DNA of 64,000 nt from Allocoleopsis franciscana PCC 7113 (GTDB taxonomy: Bacteria; Cyanobacteriota; Cyanobacteriia; Cyanobacteriales; Coleofasciculaceae): contig NC_019738.1 in assembly GCF_000317515.1 (NCBI RefSeq), forward strand, positions 1,937,623 to 2,001,622, read 5' to 3'. Every line of letters starts with the position of its first letter. Within the stretch, counting starts at the first letter, position 1. The notes under the pieces are model-generated. The model ran no database searches. It had not been told where the DNA came from and saw nothing but the letters and a program-made list of their open reading frames with translations. Of this stretch, positions 1-9,976 are shown piece after piece. A program made the position numbers and the translations under genes.

Positions 1-1
1 G

Positions 2-247
2 GCTTACGACAACAAGCTTCTGTCTTTGACCCCTAAGGAGTATGCCCTTTTGGAGCTCTTGGTTTCCAGTGGTCGGCGGGTGTTGAGCCGTGCGGGCATT
101 ATTGAACAAGTTTGGTCACTGGACAATTCTCCTGCCGAGGAAACCGTTACCTCTCATATCCGAGGGTTGCGGCACAAACTCAAGGATTTAGGTGCTCCTG
201 ATGATTTCATTGAAACGGTTCATGGATTGGGTTATCGCCTGAAGTAA
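2..247 (+). CDS. Two-component response regulator, OmpR/winged-helix C-terminal part; partial, 5' end lies outside the window
   Basis: The frame is open from position 2. The translation AYDNKLLSLTPKEYALLELL...ETVHGLGYRLK is the classic OmpR-family trans_reg_C DNA-binding domain. Stop TAA at 245-247. Confidence 0.8.
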   Translation, partial: AYDNKLLSLTPKEYALLELLVSSGRRVLSRAGIIEQVWSLDNSPAEETVTSHIRGLRHKLKDLGAPDDFIETVHGLGYRLK

Positions 248-573
248 CCTATCTAGAATAACGATGCACAGGGCAGCAAGCGCTTCTGCACGATTTCTGC
301 ATAAATTCTGCACGGTTATTACATCTGCTAATAGTATGGTTCTGGGTAGGTAATAGGAAAAGCACTTACGCATGATCCGTGAGGCAAGCCCCCTAATCCC
401 TTGATTTGGGAGTTAAGGTTATGTTCTCTTCACGATTGGAGGACTAAGGAGGTGATTGCGTAAGTTTCCGAAAAATACTTTTCCAGTTCAGGGAGCAGCG
501 AAGTCAAGGCAATAAGTTCTGATGAATCAGAGATGGAGGCAAGCCTTGCATGAAAGTGAAAGAGCTTTTGTGA

Positions 574-924
574 TTGCATCGAGGAAAAAATCTCAACGAC
601 CTCCCATCTAAGCAGAGGTTATTCATACTTTATTTGGTACTCAAGGCTATGAATAGATTCCTAAAAACTACCGCAGTCCAGGAACCCAAAACTTTGCCCG
701 AAGGCCAGCCAATTCTCTGTTTCTACAAAAACACAACCGATAAAATTCAAATTGCTAAAATCTCTAACTTCAAAAACTACCACTTTGAGCAAGTCGTTTT
801 CCCGGCAGAAAAAATTCTTTTCAATGCTTTTCCCGAAGCTGAGTTAGAAATTTATACGGGTTCGATGATGAGTGCTGTTTTAATCGAAAAAATACGCTGC
901 TCTCGGCTCCAAGTGAATGGATGA
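574..924 (+). CDS. DUF1830-like cyanobacterial small protein; real start may be the internal Met near 652
   Basis: ILCFYKNTTDKIQIAKISNFKNYHFEQVVFPAEKILFNAFPEAELEIYTG matches the conserved DUF1830 pattern (ILCYY.N...IQI.RI.N...YFERVVFPG..LLFEAP..A.LEI) from memory. Confidence 0.5.
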   Translation: MHRGKNLNDLPSKQRLFILYLVLKAMNRFLKTTAVQEPKTLPEGQPILCFYKNTTDKIQIAKISNFKNYHFEQVVFPAEKILFNAFPEAELEIYTGSMMSAVLIEKIRCSRLQVNG

Positions 925-1040
925 TTGGATTACGTAGGGGCTTTCCTGTCCTTCGCCCCTACCCCTATATTGGTATATTTACAGAAACGGGATGATCGTA
1001 AGTTTTTTGCCCATCCCTTTATCCAACTCAACTTCTATCT

Positions 1041-2048
1041 TTAGCACTCACTGTTGAATGAACTTGATAGAGTTAGATCTGTCATATTTGACCAGTTCTT
1101 AAAATTTCGCCTTACCCAATCCATACCAACTTCATTATTGAGCTTGATTTTTTGTGGTGTGTTCGGGTAAATCTTGGGCAAAATATCTGCATCCTGCTCG
1201 ACGATTACTTTGGCAAAATTGAGAAACTTTTGACCTAGGGCTTTAAAGGCAGGGTGTTTAGGTATCCCGTACATCAGTACATAAGTCCGCGTCCGAGTTG
1301 TGGACTCTGGCACAAACAAATGGACTTGGGCAACTTTACCCACCCAGTTTTCTACATGAGCTATTACTAAAGATGGAAAGTGATTTTCCAGATGAGCCTT
1401 GATAACTTTTGGCAGCAGGAGCAAATCGGGATTGCTTAGTTTTTCTGATAAATTAGTTGGGGACGTTGGCAGGCTGTAAAAAGCATGGGAATGATGACCG
1501 TCATCAATAAAATTTTCAAACTGCACTTCTTCAATCTTAAATAGAGGGCGATGCGTACCATTTTGGTGATTGTAGTCGTGCATAATTAGCAGCATTGAGA
1601 GCAAATCCGTCTCTACGCTGATATCAGCCGTATGACCAATAAACTCATATTGAGAAGTAATTTCATTCAGGATATTGGGAATCGGTACTTTGGGTTCATA
1701 TCCGCCATACGACCAAATAAAATCTCCTTGAATAATCAGTTCTAGCGGTTTGAGTTGCGGTAGCGTTTTCTTCTTCGACCCAGGTAAAATTGTGCACCCT
1801 TCACCATCAAACTCAAGGGCATGAAACGGGCAAACGACTACACTTGTTTTATCGTCACGCTCCTGACACCACCCTTCAGACAACATGGCCCCCATGTGCG
1901 GACAGGCATTGGGTAAAGCGTTAATTTTGCCCATTCGATCTTGCCACAGCACATAGTCTGTACCATAAAGAGATACTTTTTTAGGCTTATTAACTTCCAA
2001 CATCGATTTGTGTGCCAATAGCCAAGGTGCACCTTCAAGCATAGACAT
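1041..2048 (-). CDS. Rieske [2Fe-2S] non-haem-iron oxygenase (PAO/Tic55-like family)
   Basis: Rieske motifs CPHMG...CPFH, plus the mononuclear iron motif DYNHQNGTH (D-x2-H-x4-H). 335 aa. Confidence 0.7.
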   Translation of the reverse strand: MSMLEGAPWLLAHKSMLEVNKPKKVSLYGTDYVLWQDRMGKINALPNACPHMGAMLSEGWCQERDDKTSVVVCPFHALEFDGEGCTILPGSKKKTLPQLKPLELIIQGDFIWSYGGYEPKVPIPNILNEITSQYEFIGHTADISVETDLLSMLLIMHDYNHQNGTHRPLFKIEEVQFENFIDDGHHSHAFYSLPTSPTNLSEKLSNPDLLLLPKVIKAHLENHFPSLVIAHVENWVGKVAQVHLFVPESTTRTRTYVLMYGIPKHPAFKALGQKFLNFAKVIVEQDADILPKIYPNTPQKIKLNNEVGMDWVRRNFKNWSNMTDLTLSSSFNSEC

Positions 2049-2398
2049 AGGTGTTGTAATCCTTATTAAGTGAATGAACGTTTTTTGCCACTGGTTATTT
2101 CACCAGAAGCAATGCAATATATACCTTATGGGCAAGCATTTTGTAAAAAATTGTCAGCCCAAATTAGATGCAGGCAAGCATCCGAAAAGCGATGAACGTG
2201 CAACCAACAATTGACCTCTTATCGCTTAGTTTGTGGCAATGAATAGGTCAGGTGGAAGAACGAACGTAAATTAAAATGTGACAAATTTCTCGTATCTATT
2301 TAAAATTATGACGGAATATTCATGTTTGTCAAGGCAGAGTTGTAGCGTAGTGCTCACATCTATCAAAGCGGGGCGATCGCACGAGTTACGCTGAATTC

Positions 2399-3334
2399 AT
2401 GAACACTTCAAGCTCAAACACTACATCTCTGCGTCGCCAACCCAAGCAGAAACGCAGCCAACAACGGGTTGAGCGGATTTTGGCAGCGGCGGCAGAGGTG
2501 TTTGCCTCTGTGGGTTACGAGGCAGCCACAACCCATGCGATCGCATCTCGTGCAGGAACGGCGATCGGTTCACTTTACCAGTTCTTTCCAGATAAGTTGG
2601 CGATTTTTCATGCTCTAGAAGAACGTCACATGGAGCAGGTAAGAGCCATCCACGCCAAGTTAATGACTCCCCAGATGGCTCAACAGCCACTAGAGTCTAT
2701 GGTTGAGCAGATAGTGGAGACGTTTGCTGTCTACTTCGAGCATCCGGGGCCGAAAGTCGTCTACATTCAATACTGCGTGGCTCCGGAGATGTTTAAGTAT
2801 TTCGATGAAAGTTTTAATCAATCACTCATCCAAGCGTTTGCGACGCAGTTACGACTACGAAACCCTACTCTGAGTAAGGAAAAAAGCGAACTGCTAGCTG
2901 AGGTTTGCCTTCAGTGCTATAACTCTCTGCTGTTGGTAGCCTTACGTAGTAATCGCACCCATCGCAAGCAGCTTTACGAAGAGATGCGAGAGCTATTGGT
3001 GGCTTACTTACGTCCTTATGTTGGGGATGAGGAATTACAAAATGAGGGGCAACCTCGTGCTAGAGAGTCGATTCCCTACGATGTACTTTGCCAGCAGTAC
3101 CAACTTTCTGTGCGCCAATGCCAAGCCTTAATGTTTGCGATCGCGCAGGGTGGGCTAACCATTCAGAACTTTGAGGAAATTTGCCCGGAGACTTCCCGGC
3201 GGACGCTACAGCGAGAGTTACGCCAAATGGTGGAGAAGGGTTTGCTGCTGCCTGAGGGAAAAACCAATCGGCTTTACTACCGCCTCAATCTGTTGTGGCA
3301 AGAACTTGCGTCAAGTTGCGACAAAAGAAAATAA
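2399..3334 (+). CDS. TetR-family transcriptional regulator with an extra C-terminal winged-helix-like segment
   Basis: The N-terminus QRVERILAAAAEVFASVGYEAATTHAIASRAGTAIGSLYQFF is a TetR_N HTH. The ~90-aa C-terminal tail (LSVRQCQALMFAIAQGGLTIQNFEEICPETSRRTLQRELRQMVEKGLLL) looks like a second HTH/wHTH. Confidence 0.7.
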   Translation: MNTSSSNTTSLRRQPKQKRSQQRVERILAAAAEVFASVGYEAATTHAIASRAGTAIGSLYQFFPDKLAIFHALEERHMEQVRAIHAKLMTPQMAQQPLESMVEQIVETFAVYFEHPGPKVVYIQYCVAPEMFKYFDESFNQSLIQAFATQLRLRNPTLSKEKSELLAEVCLQCYNSLLLVALRSNRTHRKQLYEEMRELLVAYLRPYVGDEELQNEGQPRARESIPYDVLCQQYQLSVRQCQALMFAIAQGGLTIQNFEEICPETSRRTLQRELRQMVEKGLLLPEGKTNRLYYRLNLLWQELASSCDKRK

Positions 3335-3454
3335 GTGTCTGTACCGACTGCTATTTTTTAGGGTTCCAGGTCTTTACTTCTGCCATTTGCCCTCTGCCTT
3401 CTACCTTGTCTCCACCAAAAAATGAATAGTTAACCCGGATTTGGTATGAGATGG

Positions 3455-3850
3455 CTAACTCAACGATTCAACCAATTTTGCCACCCGTTCCTTCACTTCA
3501 TCTCGAACACGCTGAAACGTTTCGATGGATTCCCCTTCTGGGTCATCCAGTTGCCAATCTTCAAACACCTCCCGCACAACCCAAGATTCCGGCAAGTTCA
3601 CCCCACAACCGCAGAGGGAAATCACAGCATCATACTCTTCGGGATTAAAATCACTTAACGGTTTAGAAGTTTGCTCACTAATATCAATGCCAATTTCGGA
3701 CATCACTTCAACCGTCGTCGGATCGACCTGAGAAGCTTCCAGTCCCGAACTACTAACAGCAATCTTTCCTCCTCCCAACGTCCGAGCAAATCCTTCTGCC
3801 ATCTGAGAACGGCGAGAATTTTTCTTGCATACAAACATCACTCGTTTCAT
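3455..3850 (-). CDS. arsC: Arsenate reductase, LMW-PTP/thioredoxin-glutaredoxin-coupled type (Synechocystis ArsC-like)
   Basis: MKRVMFVCKKNSRRSQMAEGF contains the CX2NSXRS P-loop. ...LCGCGVNLP...EDWQLDDPEG is near-identical in pattern to cyanobacterial ArsC. AGGAGG Shine-Dalgarno sits 8 nt upstream of the ATG at 3850 (ORF track start 3895 is an upstream extension). Confidence 0.88.
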   Translation of the reverse strand: MKRVMFVCKKNSRRSQMAEGFARTLGGGKIAVSSSGLEASQVDPTTVEVMSEIGIDISEQTSKPLSDFNPEEYDAVISLCGCGVNLPESWVVREVFEDWQLDDPEGESIETFQRVRDEVKERVAKLVESLS

Positions 3851-3994
3851 ATTTAATACCTCCTGTTGAATACTCTGCACTAGCAGAAATTTCACTCTTC
3901 AAAAACTTGTAAAATCCTTCTTCATCTCTCTTTCTTCGTTTCCTCAAAATCCTTTGTGGTTCGTTTCTTTCCAAAATCAGATAAAGTGGCAATA

Positions 3995-5149
3995 TTACCT
4001 CAACGAACCGATACACCGGGGATCGCGTAACGTAGCTTTCTCCAGTTCTCGTGGAAACCACATTGCTGTACGCTTACACACCTCCACCAGCATCAGCATG
4101 ACTGGAACTTCAATTAACACACCCACAACAGTAGCCAGTGCCGCACCCGAATTTAAACCAAACAACATAACTGATGTGGCGATCGCAACTTCAAAATGAT
4201 TACTCGCTCCAATTAGGGCGGCTGGTGCTGCATCTTCATAGGCAAGATTCAATTTCAAGGCCGCAACATAACCGATTAAGAAAATGAAATTCGTTTGGAT
4301 AAACAGGGGTACTGCAATCAACAAAATGTGCAGGGGGTTGTTGACAATCAGTTCCCCTTTAAAGGCAAATAGCAGTACCAGAGTCATCAAAAGGGCTGTA
4401 ATTGCGATCGGACTGAGATATTTGAGAAACTCTCTTTCAAACCACTCTTTGCCCTTATATTTGAGAATCCAGTAACGGCTGTACATCCCTGCGATTAAGG
4501 GCAAACCCACATAAATCAGCACCGATAGCACAATTGTCTGCCAAGGTACGGTTAAATCATTCGCTGCTAGCAACCATCTTCCCAATGGTGCATACAGAAA
4601 CAGCATCGTTAGGGAGTTCACTGCCACCATGATTAAGGTGTGCCCCTGATTGCTATAGGAAAGATAGCCCCACATCAGCACCATCGCCGTACAAGGTGCA
4701 ATTCCTAATAAAATTGTCCCGGCAATGTATGAATTGGCGAGTGCCACTTCACTACCACGAATCAACTCTGTACCCGTAATTAGAGGGCGAAATAACCAAC
4801 TCAGGAAGAATTGAGAAAATGCCACCATTGTGAACGGTTTAATCAACCAGTTCACTACTAGGGTAAGGATGACAGGTTTGGGTGCTCTGAGTGCATTTGT
4901 GGCTTGGGTAAAGTCAATCTTCACCATGATTGGATACATCATGAAGAACAGGCAGATGGCGATCGGAATGGACACTTGATAAATGCTCATCGCATCTAAG
5001 GCGATCGCAATATTTGGAAATAATCGACCCAATGCGATGCCCACGAAGATGCAGAGAAACACCCAAACGGTTAAGTATTTTTCAAAAAAGCTGAGGCTAC
5101 TCCCTGCTTGAGGAGGTAGTGCACGACCGGAAGGATTCTTGGTACTCAT
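3995..5149 (-). CDS. acr3: Arsenite efflux permease, ACR3 family
   Basis: [24 protein letters not shown] is the Acr3 N-terminal signature. Polytopic membrane protein of 384 aa, placed in an ars operon context. Confidence 0.85.
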   Translation of the reverse strand: MSTKNPSGRALPPQAGSSLSFFEKYLTVWVFLCIFVGIALGRLFPNIAIALDAMSIYQVSIPIAICLFFMMYPIMVKIDFTQATNALRAPKPVILTLVVNWLIKPFTMVAFSQFFLSWLFRPLITGTELIRGSEVALANSYIAGTILLGIAPCTAMVLMWGYLSYSNQGHTLIMVAVNSLTMLFLYAPLGRWLLAANDLTVPWQTIVLSVLIYVGLPLIAGMYSRYWILKYKGKEWFEREFLKYLSPIAITALLMTLVLLFAFKGELIVNNPLHILLIAVPLFIQTNFIFLIGYVAALKLNLAYEDAAPAALIGASNHFEVAIATSVMLFGLNSGAALATVVGVLIEVPVMLMLVEVCKRTAMWFPRELEKATLRDPRCIGSLR

Positions 5150-5286
5150 TGTGAATTGTTAATTGGAATAGAATTTTTTAACGCAGAGGGACACAGAGGG
5201 ACGCGCAGAGGAACGCAGAGTTTTGGAGCAAAATTCCTGTTAATTTTGATGGCAGGGAAAACCTATCAATCCAAAATGGGTTGACT

Positions 5287-6330
5287 CTAAAATGTGGCTT
5301 GTTTGCGTAATAACTCGCCTAGTGTCAGATTTAGCTGCGTTTGTCCACCAAAAACGGTACCGACTTTGCCGCGATTGAAGTGTACTTTAGCGAGGTGGTA
5401 GCCTTCATCGGGTAGAGGGATGTAGCCAACATCATCGACTAAGGTTGGTGCTTTCTCTAAGAAGAATTCCACGAAATCTCTCACCTCTGGTTTGTTTTGG
5501 GCAGATTGGTAGTTAACGTAAATGAACATTGGACGGGAAAGGGGTTGATACCGAGTCTTCTCCACGGTTTGACGTGAGGGTAAGACGGCACCTTTGCCGC
5601 TATCGACGGCTAACGCTTTTAACTGATTCGAGTTGGCTTCGTAGTAAGCCAAACCAAAGTAACCCAACGCATTCACGTCTTGGCGCACTCCTTGTACCAG
5701 GACGTTGTCATCTTCGCTGGCGGTATAGTCGTTGCGACTGGCTTTGCTGGTACCCACTGTTGCTTCTGTGAAGTAGTCGAAGGTACCCGAATCTTTCCCT
5801 GCACCATAAAGCTTCAGGGGTCGGTCGGGCCAAGAGGAACGAACTTGATTCCATTTGGTAATTTTTCCTTCAGCAGCAGGTTCCCAAGCTTTTCTCAACT
5901 CTTCTACCGTGATGTCTTTCGCCCAGTTATTTTCAGGATGAACGACTACGGTTAGCGCATCGAAGGCAATGGGTAATTCGATGTACCGCACATTATTGCG
6001 GTTGCACAGTGCCATCTCCTGTTTGAGGATGGGGCGCGAGGCGTTGCTGATGTCGGTTAAACCTTCGCAAAATGTTTTGAAGCCACCCCCTGTACCGGAC
6101 AAGGCAAACTCAACTTTGATTTTGTCGTTGTTGGCTTTGGTTTGGGCGGCTTGATACTCAGCGGCGATCGCATTGGTGATCGGATACACCGTACTGGAAC
6201 CATCGATCTTAACGACCTGTGCTTGGCGAGACTCGGCTGGCTTGCCACATGAGGAGAGCATTGCCGCCATACCAACGATGAATGCCAACACTCCCAAACG
6301 ACTGACTAACCCATCAGTTTTCTGATTCAT
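5287..6330 (-). CDS. PstS-like periplasmic phosphate(/oxyanion)-binding lipoprotein embedded in the ars operon
   Basis: Lipobox LSSCG after a signal peptide. GSSTVYPITNAIAAEY...SGTGGGFKTF is typical of the PBP_like_2/PstS family. Start chosen at the ATG at 6330 (MNQKTDG...). Confidence 0.7.
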   Translation of the reverse strand: MNQKTDGLVSRLGVLAFIVGMAAMLSSCGKPAESRQAQVVKIDGSSTVYPITNAIAAEYQAAQTKANNDKIKVEFALSGTGGGFKTFCEGLTDISNASRPILKQEMALCNRNNVRYIELPIAFDALTVVVHPENNWAKDITVEELRKAWEPAAEGKITKWNQVRSSWPDRPLKLYGAGKDSGTFDYFTEATVGTSKASRNDYTASEDDNVLVQGVRQDVNALGYFGLAYYEANSNQLKALAVDSGKGAVLPSRQTVEKTRYQPLSRPMFIYVNYQSAQNKPEVRDFVEFFLEKAPTLVDDVGYIPLPDEGYHLAKVHFNRGKVGTVFGGQTQLNLTLGELLRKQATF

Positions 6331-6530
6331 CACTTGTTCCCCTGTTCCCTCTGGCTTGAGGCATAATTTAATCATTTCAAAAAAAATTGATTTGTCAAGC
6401 CATAAAAAAGGCAAAGAGGTTAGGAAAACTTTAAGAAAAGTTGATGGAAGGCAAAGACGCCTTGTACCAAGTTGCAGTCAAAGATGGCAGACTATTTCCC
6501 CATCTCCCCGCTCCTCAGCTCCTCTGCTGT

Positions 6531-6851
6531 TTAACAGGGACGAGCCGGAATAATCGGGCTGAAACGGCGGAACTCGGCCAGGTACTCTTCTAGTAGCAAG
6601 AACTGGGTGAGATTGAGGCTGTAGTAAATCCAGCGACCTTCTTGGCGCGATCGCACGAGTTCAGCTTCCTTGAGGTTTTTGAGATGGAATGACAACTTGG
6701 ACTGAGTCACTCCCAAGCGATCGCACAATTCACAGACGCATAACTCTTGCGATCGCAGCAGCTCGATTACCTGAATTCTCAGGGGGTCAGACAGGGCGTG
6801 AAAGCCAGAGGCGATAACATCTGAAGTGATGGCTGAAGCTTTTCCCATCAA
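6531..6851 (-). CDS. arsR: ArsR/SmtB-family metalloregulator
   Basis: ELCVCEL metal-binding motif and the HTH LSFHLKNLKEAELV. First gene of the minus-strand ars operon. Confidence 0.85.
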   Translation of the reverse strand: MMGKASAITSDVIASGFHALSDPLRIQVIELLRSQELCVCELCDRLGVTQSKLSFHLKNLKEAELVRSRQEGRWIYYSLNLTQFLLLEEYLAEFRRFSPIIPARPC

Positions 6852-6984
6852 ATTTTATTGAAACGACCTTTTCATTCTAACGGAGTGCGATTGGGGCTGA
6901 GATTCAAGACCATGGCAGTAGTTCTCCCGCCTTCTTCATCCCTAAATCGAAAAAACGAGTCGTTAATATAGAAACTATGGCAAT

Positions 6985-7332
6985 TTGAAGTACTTAACCC
7001 AACAAACAGTGGAAATAGCTTCCGAGCAAAACAATTCAAACTCAAAAAAGCGTTGTGTCCTAGTTTGCCAGCATCGGTCTTGTCTGGCGAATGGTTCAGA
7101 GGCAGTACTGGCTGCCTTTGAGGCGGCTGACTTAACGGACTTTACAGTGATGGGTACAGGTTGCCAGGGACAGTGTACCTCCGGGCCGACGGTGCGAATT
7201 GTTCCAGAAGAGACATGGTACTGGCGAGTCCAACCTAGTGATGTCCCGATCATTGTGGAGCAACATCTCAAGGGGGGCGAACCGATAGACGCGAAACTTA
7301 ACACCCGCATTCATCTGCGTTATAGCTATTAA
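6985..7332 (+). CDS. Thioredoxin-like [2Fe-2S] ferredoxin (NuoE-like fold)
   Basis: Four Cys arranged CQHRSC...GCQGQC. 115 aa. Confidence 0.6.
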   Translation: MKYLTQQTVEIASEQNNSNSKKRCVLVCQHRSCLANGSEAVLAAFEAADLTDFTVMGTGCQGQCTSGPTVRIVPEETWYWRVQPSDVPIIVEQHLKGGEPIDAKLNTRIHLRYSY

Positions 7333-7422
7333 AGAAAAATAGCTGAAACAGTATTCTTCCGACTGATGTAAGGTTGGCACAGGGCATGGTACCCTGCTCA
7401 CCAACCATTTGGGAGAAAACCA

Positions 7423-8280
7423 GTGCAAAGACTACTGATTCGTGTGGGGATTGGGGTGTTATTTGCCCTGTTTGGCATAATTACCTACTTTACTAACGTC
7501 ACTGACAACCCAGTAACGGGGGAAAAACAGCGGGTACAGCTCTCACCGCGCCAGGAAGTCGCACTTGGTATACAGGCACGGGACAGTATGGCGTCACGAC
7601 ATGGGGGTCTTTACCCGGATTCTAGACTCCAAGCCTATATCGATCAGGTGGGAGAGCGAGTGGTCAAGCAGTCGCAAGCGGCTAAAGCTCCCTATCCTTT
7701 TCAATTCCATTTGCTGCGCGACCCCAAAACCATTAATGCGTTTGCCTTACCTGGAGGACAGGTTTTTATTACAGCGGCTTTGCTCAGTCGCCTCAATTCA
7801 GAAGCACAATTGGCAGGGGTATTGGGGCATGAAGTTGGACATGTGGTGGGGCGACACGGCGCGGAACATCTGGCTAAACAGCAATTGGGGGGATCACTGG
7901 TGAATGCGGTCGGTATTGCGGCTAGTGATAATCCAGACAGTGCAAGGCAAGCGGCAGTTGTGGCGCAGGCGGTTAATCAATTGGTTAGCTTACGGTACGG
8001 GCGTGAGGATGAATTGGAAAGCGATCGCCTCGGTTTTCAGTTTATGACCACAGCCGGCTATAACCCAAAAGGGATTGTGGAACTGATGCAAATCCTCGCC
8101 TCTGCTAGACAGGGGGGGCAACAACCGGAGTTTTTAAGTAGTCACCCCGACCCTGGAAATCGAGTACAACAGCTCAATGCACTGATTGCTGATAACTTTC
8201 CCAAGGGTGTTCCTGCCAATCTCACAGAGGGACGCGAGGACTTTGCCCGCAATGTCAAGACTAGCTTACCTACTCGTTGA
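7423..8280 (+). CDS. M48-family zinc metalloprotease (BepA/YfgC-like), membrane anchored
   Basis: HEVGHVVGRH is an HEXXH motif. There is an N-terminal TM helix and a peptidase_M48 layout. Confidence 0.8.
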   Translation: MQRLLIRVGIGVLFALFGIITYFTNVTDNPVTGEKQRVQLSPRQEVALGIQARDSMASRHGGLYPDSRLQAYIDQVGERVVKQSQAAKAPYPFQFHLLRDPKTINAFALPGGQVFITAALLSRLNSEAQLAGVLGHEVGHVVGRHGAEHLAKQQLGGSLVNAVGIAASDNPDSARQAAVVAQAVNQLVSLRYGREDELESDRLGFQFMTTAGYNPKGIVELMQILASARQGGQQPEFLSSHPDPGNRVQQLNALIADNFPKGVPANLTEGREDFARNVKTSLPTR

Positions 8281-8290
8281 GGATTTGCCT

Positions 8291-9898
8291 TTAAGAACGT
8301 CCCATCAGTTTGGTAACGAGAGCCACTAATTCAGCCGCATCGACGGGTTTGGATAGGTGGAGATGGAACCCGGCAGCCAGGGCACGATCGCGGTCTTCGT
8401 CTCCAGCATAGCCCGTCAAGGCGATCGCCTTCGGCATAGCTGGGCTGAGTTGGGGGATTTCCCGTGCCTGTTCAGCAACCATTGCCTTGATTTGGCGAAT
8501 CAAATCATAGCCGTTCTGAATTGGCATACTAATATCACTGATCAGCACATCGGGTTGAAACGCGGCAAAGACGGCGATCGCCTCCTCTACCGAACACGCC
8601 GTCTTCACTTGAGCGTCATACTCTTCCAGTAAAAGTGCCATGACCTCACGAACGTCGGTTTGGTCATCCACAACCAGCACCTTCACACCGTTGAGAATAC
8701 CGGAGGGCTTCTCAGTCGCCAATTCCTGAAAAGCATCCTTGGGTGGATGACGAATGGCTAACAGGGGAAATTGGACTGTAAAAGTTGTCCCTTGTTCCTT
8801 ACCCAAACTTTCGGCTTGAACCGTGCCACCGTGAAGTTCAACCAGATGACGCACAATCGCTAACCCCAATCCCAGTCCACTATGTATACGAGTGCTGGAG
8901 CTATCTGCTTGGCGAAAGCGATCAAACACATAAGGTAAAAACTCAGGACAAATGCCAATGCCTGTGTCGCTGACAATCAAGGCAACTTTCGCTTCCCTTC
9001 GCGTCAACTGAATTTGAACTCGTCCACCTTGCGGGGTAAACTTGACCGCATTGGACAAAAGATTCCAGATAATCTGTTGCAAGCGCAGGGTATCCCCGGA
9101 AATGGAACCCGCTTCGGGGTCTAGCTTGCATTCGAGTTCAATCGCCTTAGCCTGTGCGGCGGGACGCACGGTAGAAAGAGCCGCCTCAATGACTGGAATG
9201 AGTTCGACGGGTTGCATGTTCAGGGCAAGCTTGCCGGTAACGATGCGGGAAACATCGAGTAAGTCTTCTATGATTTGCGCCAGAGACTTAGCGTTGCGCT
9301 CAATGGTTTCCGTTGCTCGTTTGTAGTCCTCATCTTTCAACCTCTGGAGTCGCAGAAGCTGCACCCAACCGTACATGGCATTCAGGGGGGTACGCAATTC
9401 ATGAGAGAGGTTAGCGAGAAACTCATCTTTGAGACGATTGGCTTCTTCGGCTTCGGCACGAGCGGCTCGTTCTTGTATCAGCAACAGATCTCGCTCTTGT
9501 TGTAAACGTTTGGCTCTTTGCCGCCATTCAGCCCGCTCCAACGCTAAGCGTACAGCGGTGGGTACTCGAATATAACGATTAGGAGCCTTGAGGATGTAAT
9601 CATCCAGCCCTGATTTCATCGCTTCCACCGCAATCTCTTCGTTGCCACTGTTGGTAAACATAATCACAGGACAGTCAGGATAGCGGGACTTAAGCTGCTT
9701 GAGTACGGTAAGTCCATCACTCCAGCCCAGTTGATAGTCGGTTATGACTATATCAAAGCCCCCTTGATCCATCGCTTGTGCCAAGACTTTGGTATTAATA
9801 ATTTCTGTAACCTGAAGTTCTGTAAATTCTCGCTCCAACTCGCGAATAATTAACAGGCGGTCAGTCGGATTGTCATCAATGACAAGAATGTAGGGCAT
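8291..9898 (-). CDS. Hybrid sensor histidine kinase (REC - HisKA - HATPase - REC)
   Basis: N-terminal receiver MPYILVIDDNPTDRLL. H-box LSHELRTPLNAM. ATPase G-boxes SDTGIGI...GLGLAIV. C-terminal receiver VLVVDDQTDVREV. Confidence 0.85.
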   Translation of the reverse strand: MPYILVIDDNPTDRLLIIRELEREFTELQVTEIINTKVLAQAMDQGGFDIVITDYQLGWSDGLTVLKQLKSRYPDCPVIMFTNSGNEEIAVEAMKSGLDDYILKAPNRYIRVPTAVRLALERAEWRQRAKRLQQERDLLLIQERAARAEAEEANRLKDEFLANLSHELRTPLNAMYGWVQLLRLQRLKDEDYKRATETIERNAKSLAQIIEDLLDVSRIVTGKLALNMQPVELIPVIEAALSTVRPAAQAKAIELECKLDPEAGSISGDTLRLQQIIWNLLSNAVKFTPQGGRVQIQLTRREAKVALIVSDTGIGICPEFLPYVFDRFRQADSSSTRIHSGLGLGLAIVRHLVELHGGTVQAESLGKEQGTTFTVQFPLLAIRHPPKDAFQELATEKPSGILNGVKVLVVDDQTDVREVMALLLEEYDAQVKTACSVEEAIAVFAAFQPDVLISDISMPIQNGYDLIRQIKAMVAEQAREIPQLSPAMPKAIALTGYAGDEDRDRALAAGFHLHLSKPVDAAELVALVTKLMGRS

Positions 9899-9976
9899 CG
9901 GCTTTGTCAGGAGTGTTCAAGCTGCCGTTTAGCAAGGCGCTTGAATCAATAGTTCTCAAACACGATAAAATAAGCA

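Noticed and set aside
3446-4199. Small plus-strand ORFs (3446-3658, 3525-3731, 3671-3856, 3954-4199) across arsC and the arsC-acr3 junction
   Set aside because: They overlap the strongly supported minus-strand arsC/acr3 genes. Their composition looks like antisense translation.
6975-7428. Minus-strand ORFs 6975-7310 and 7132-7428 overlapping the ferredoxin gene
   Set aside because: The plus-strand ORF has a coherent four-Cys ferredoxin signature. The antisense ORFs have no motifs.
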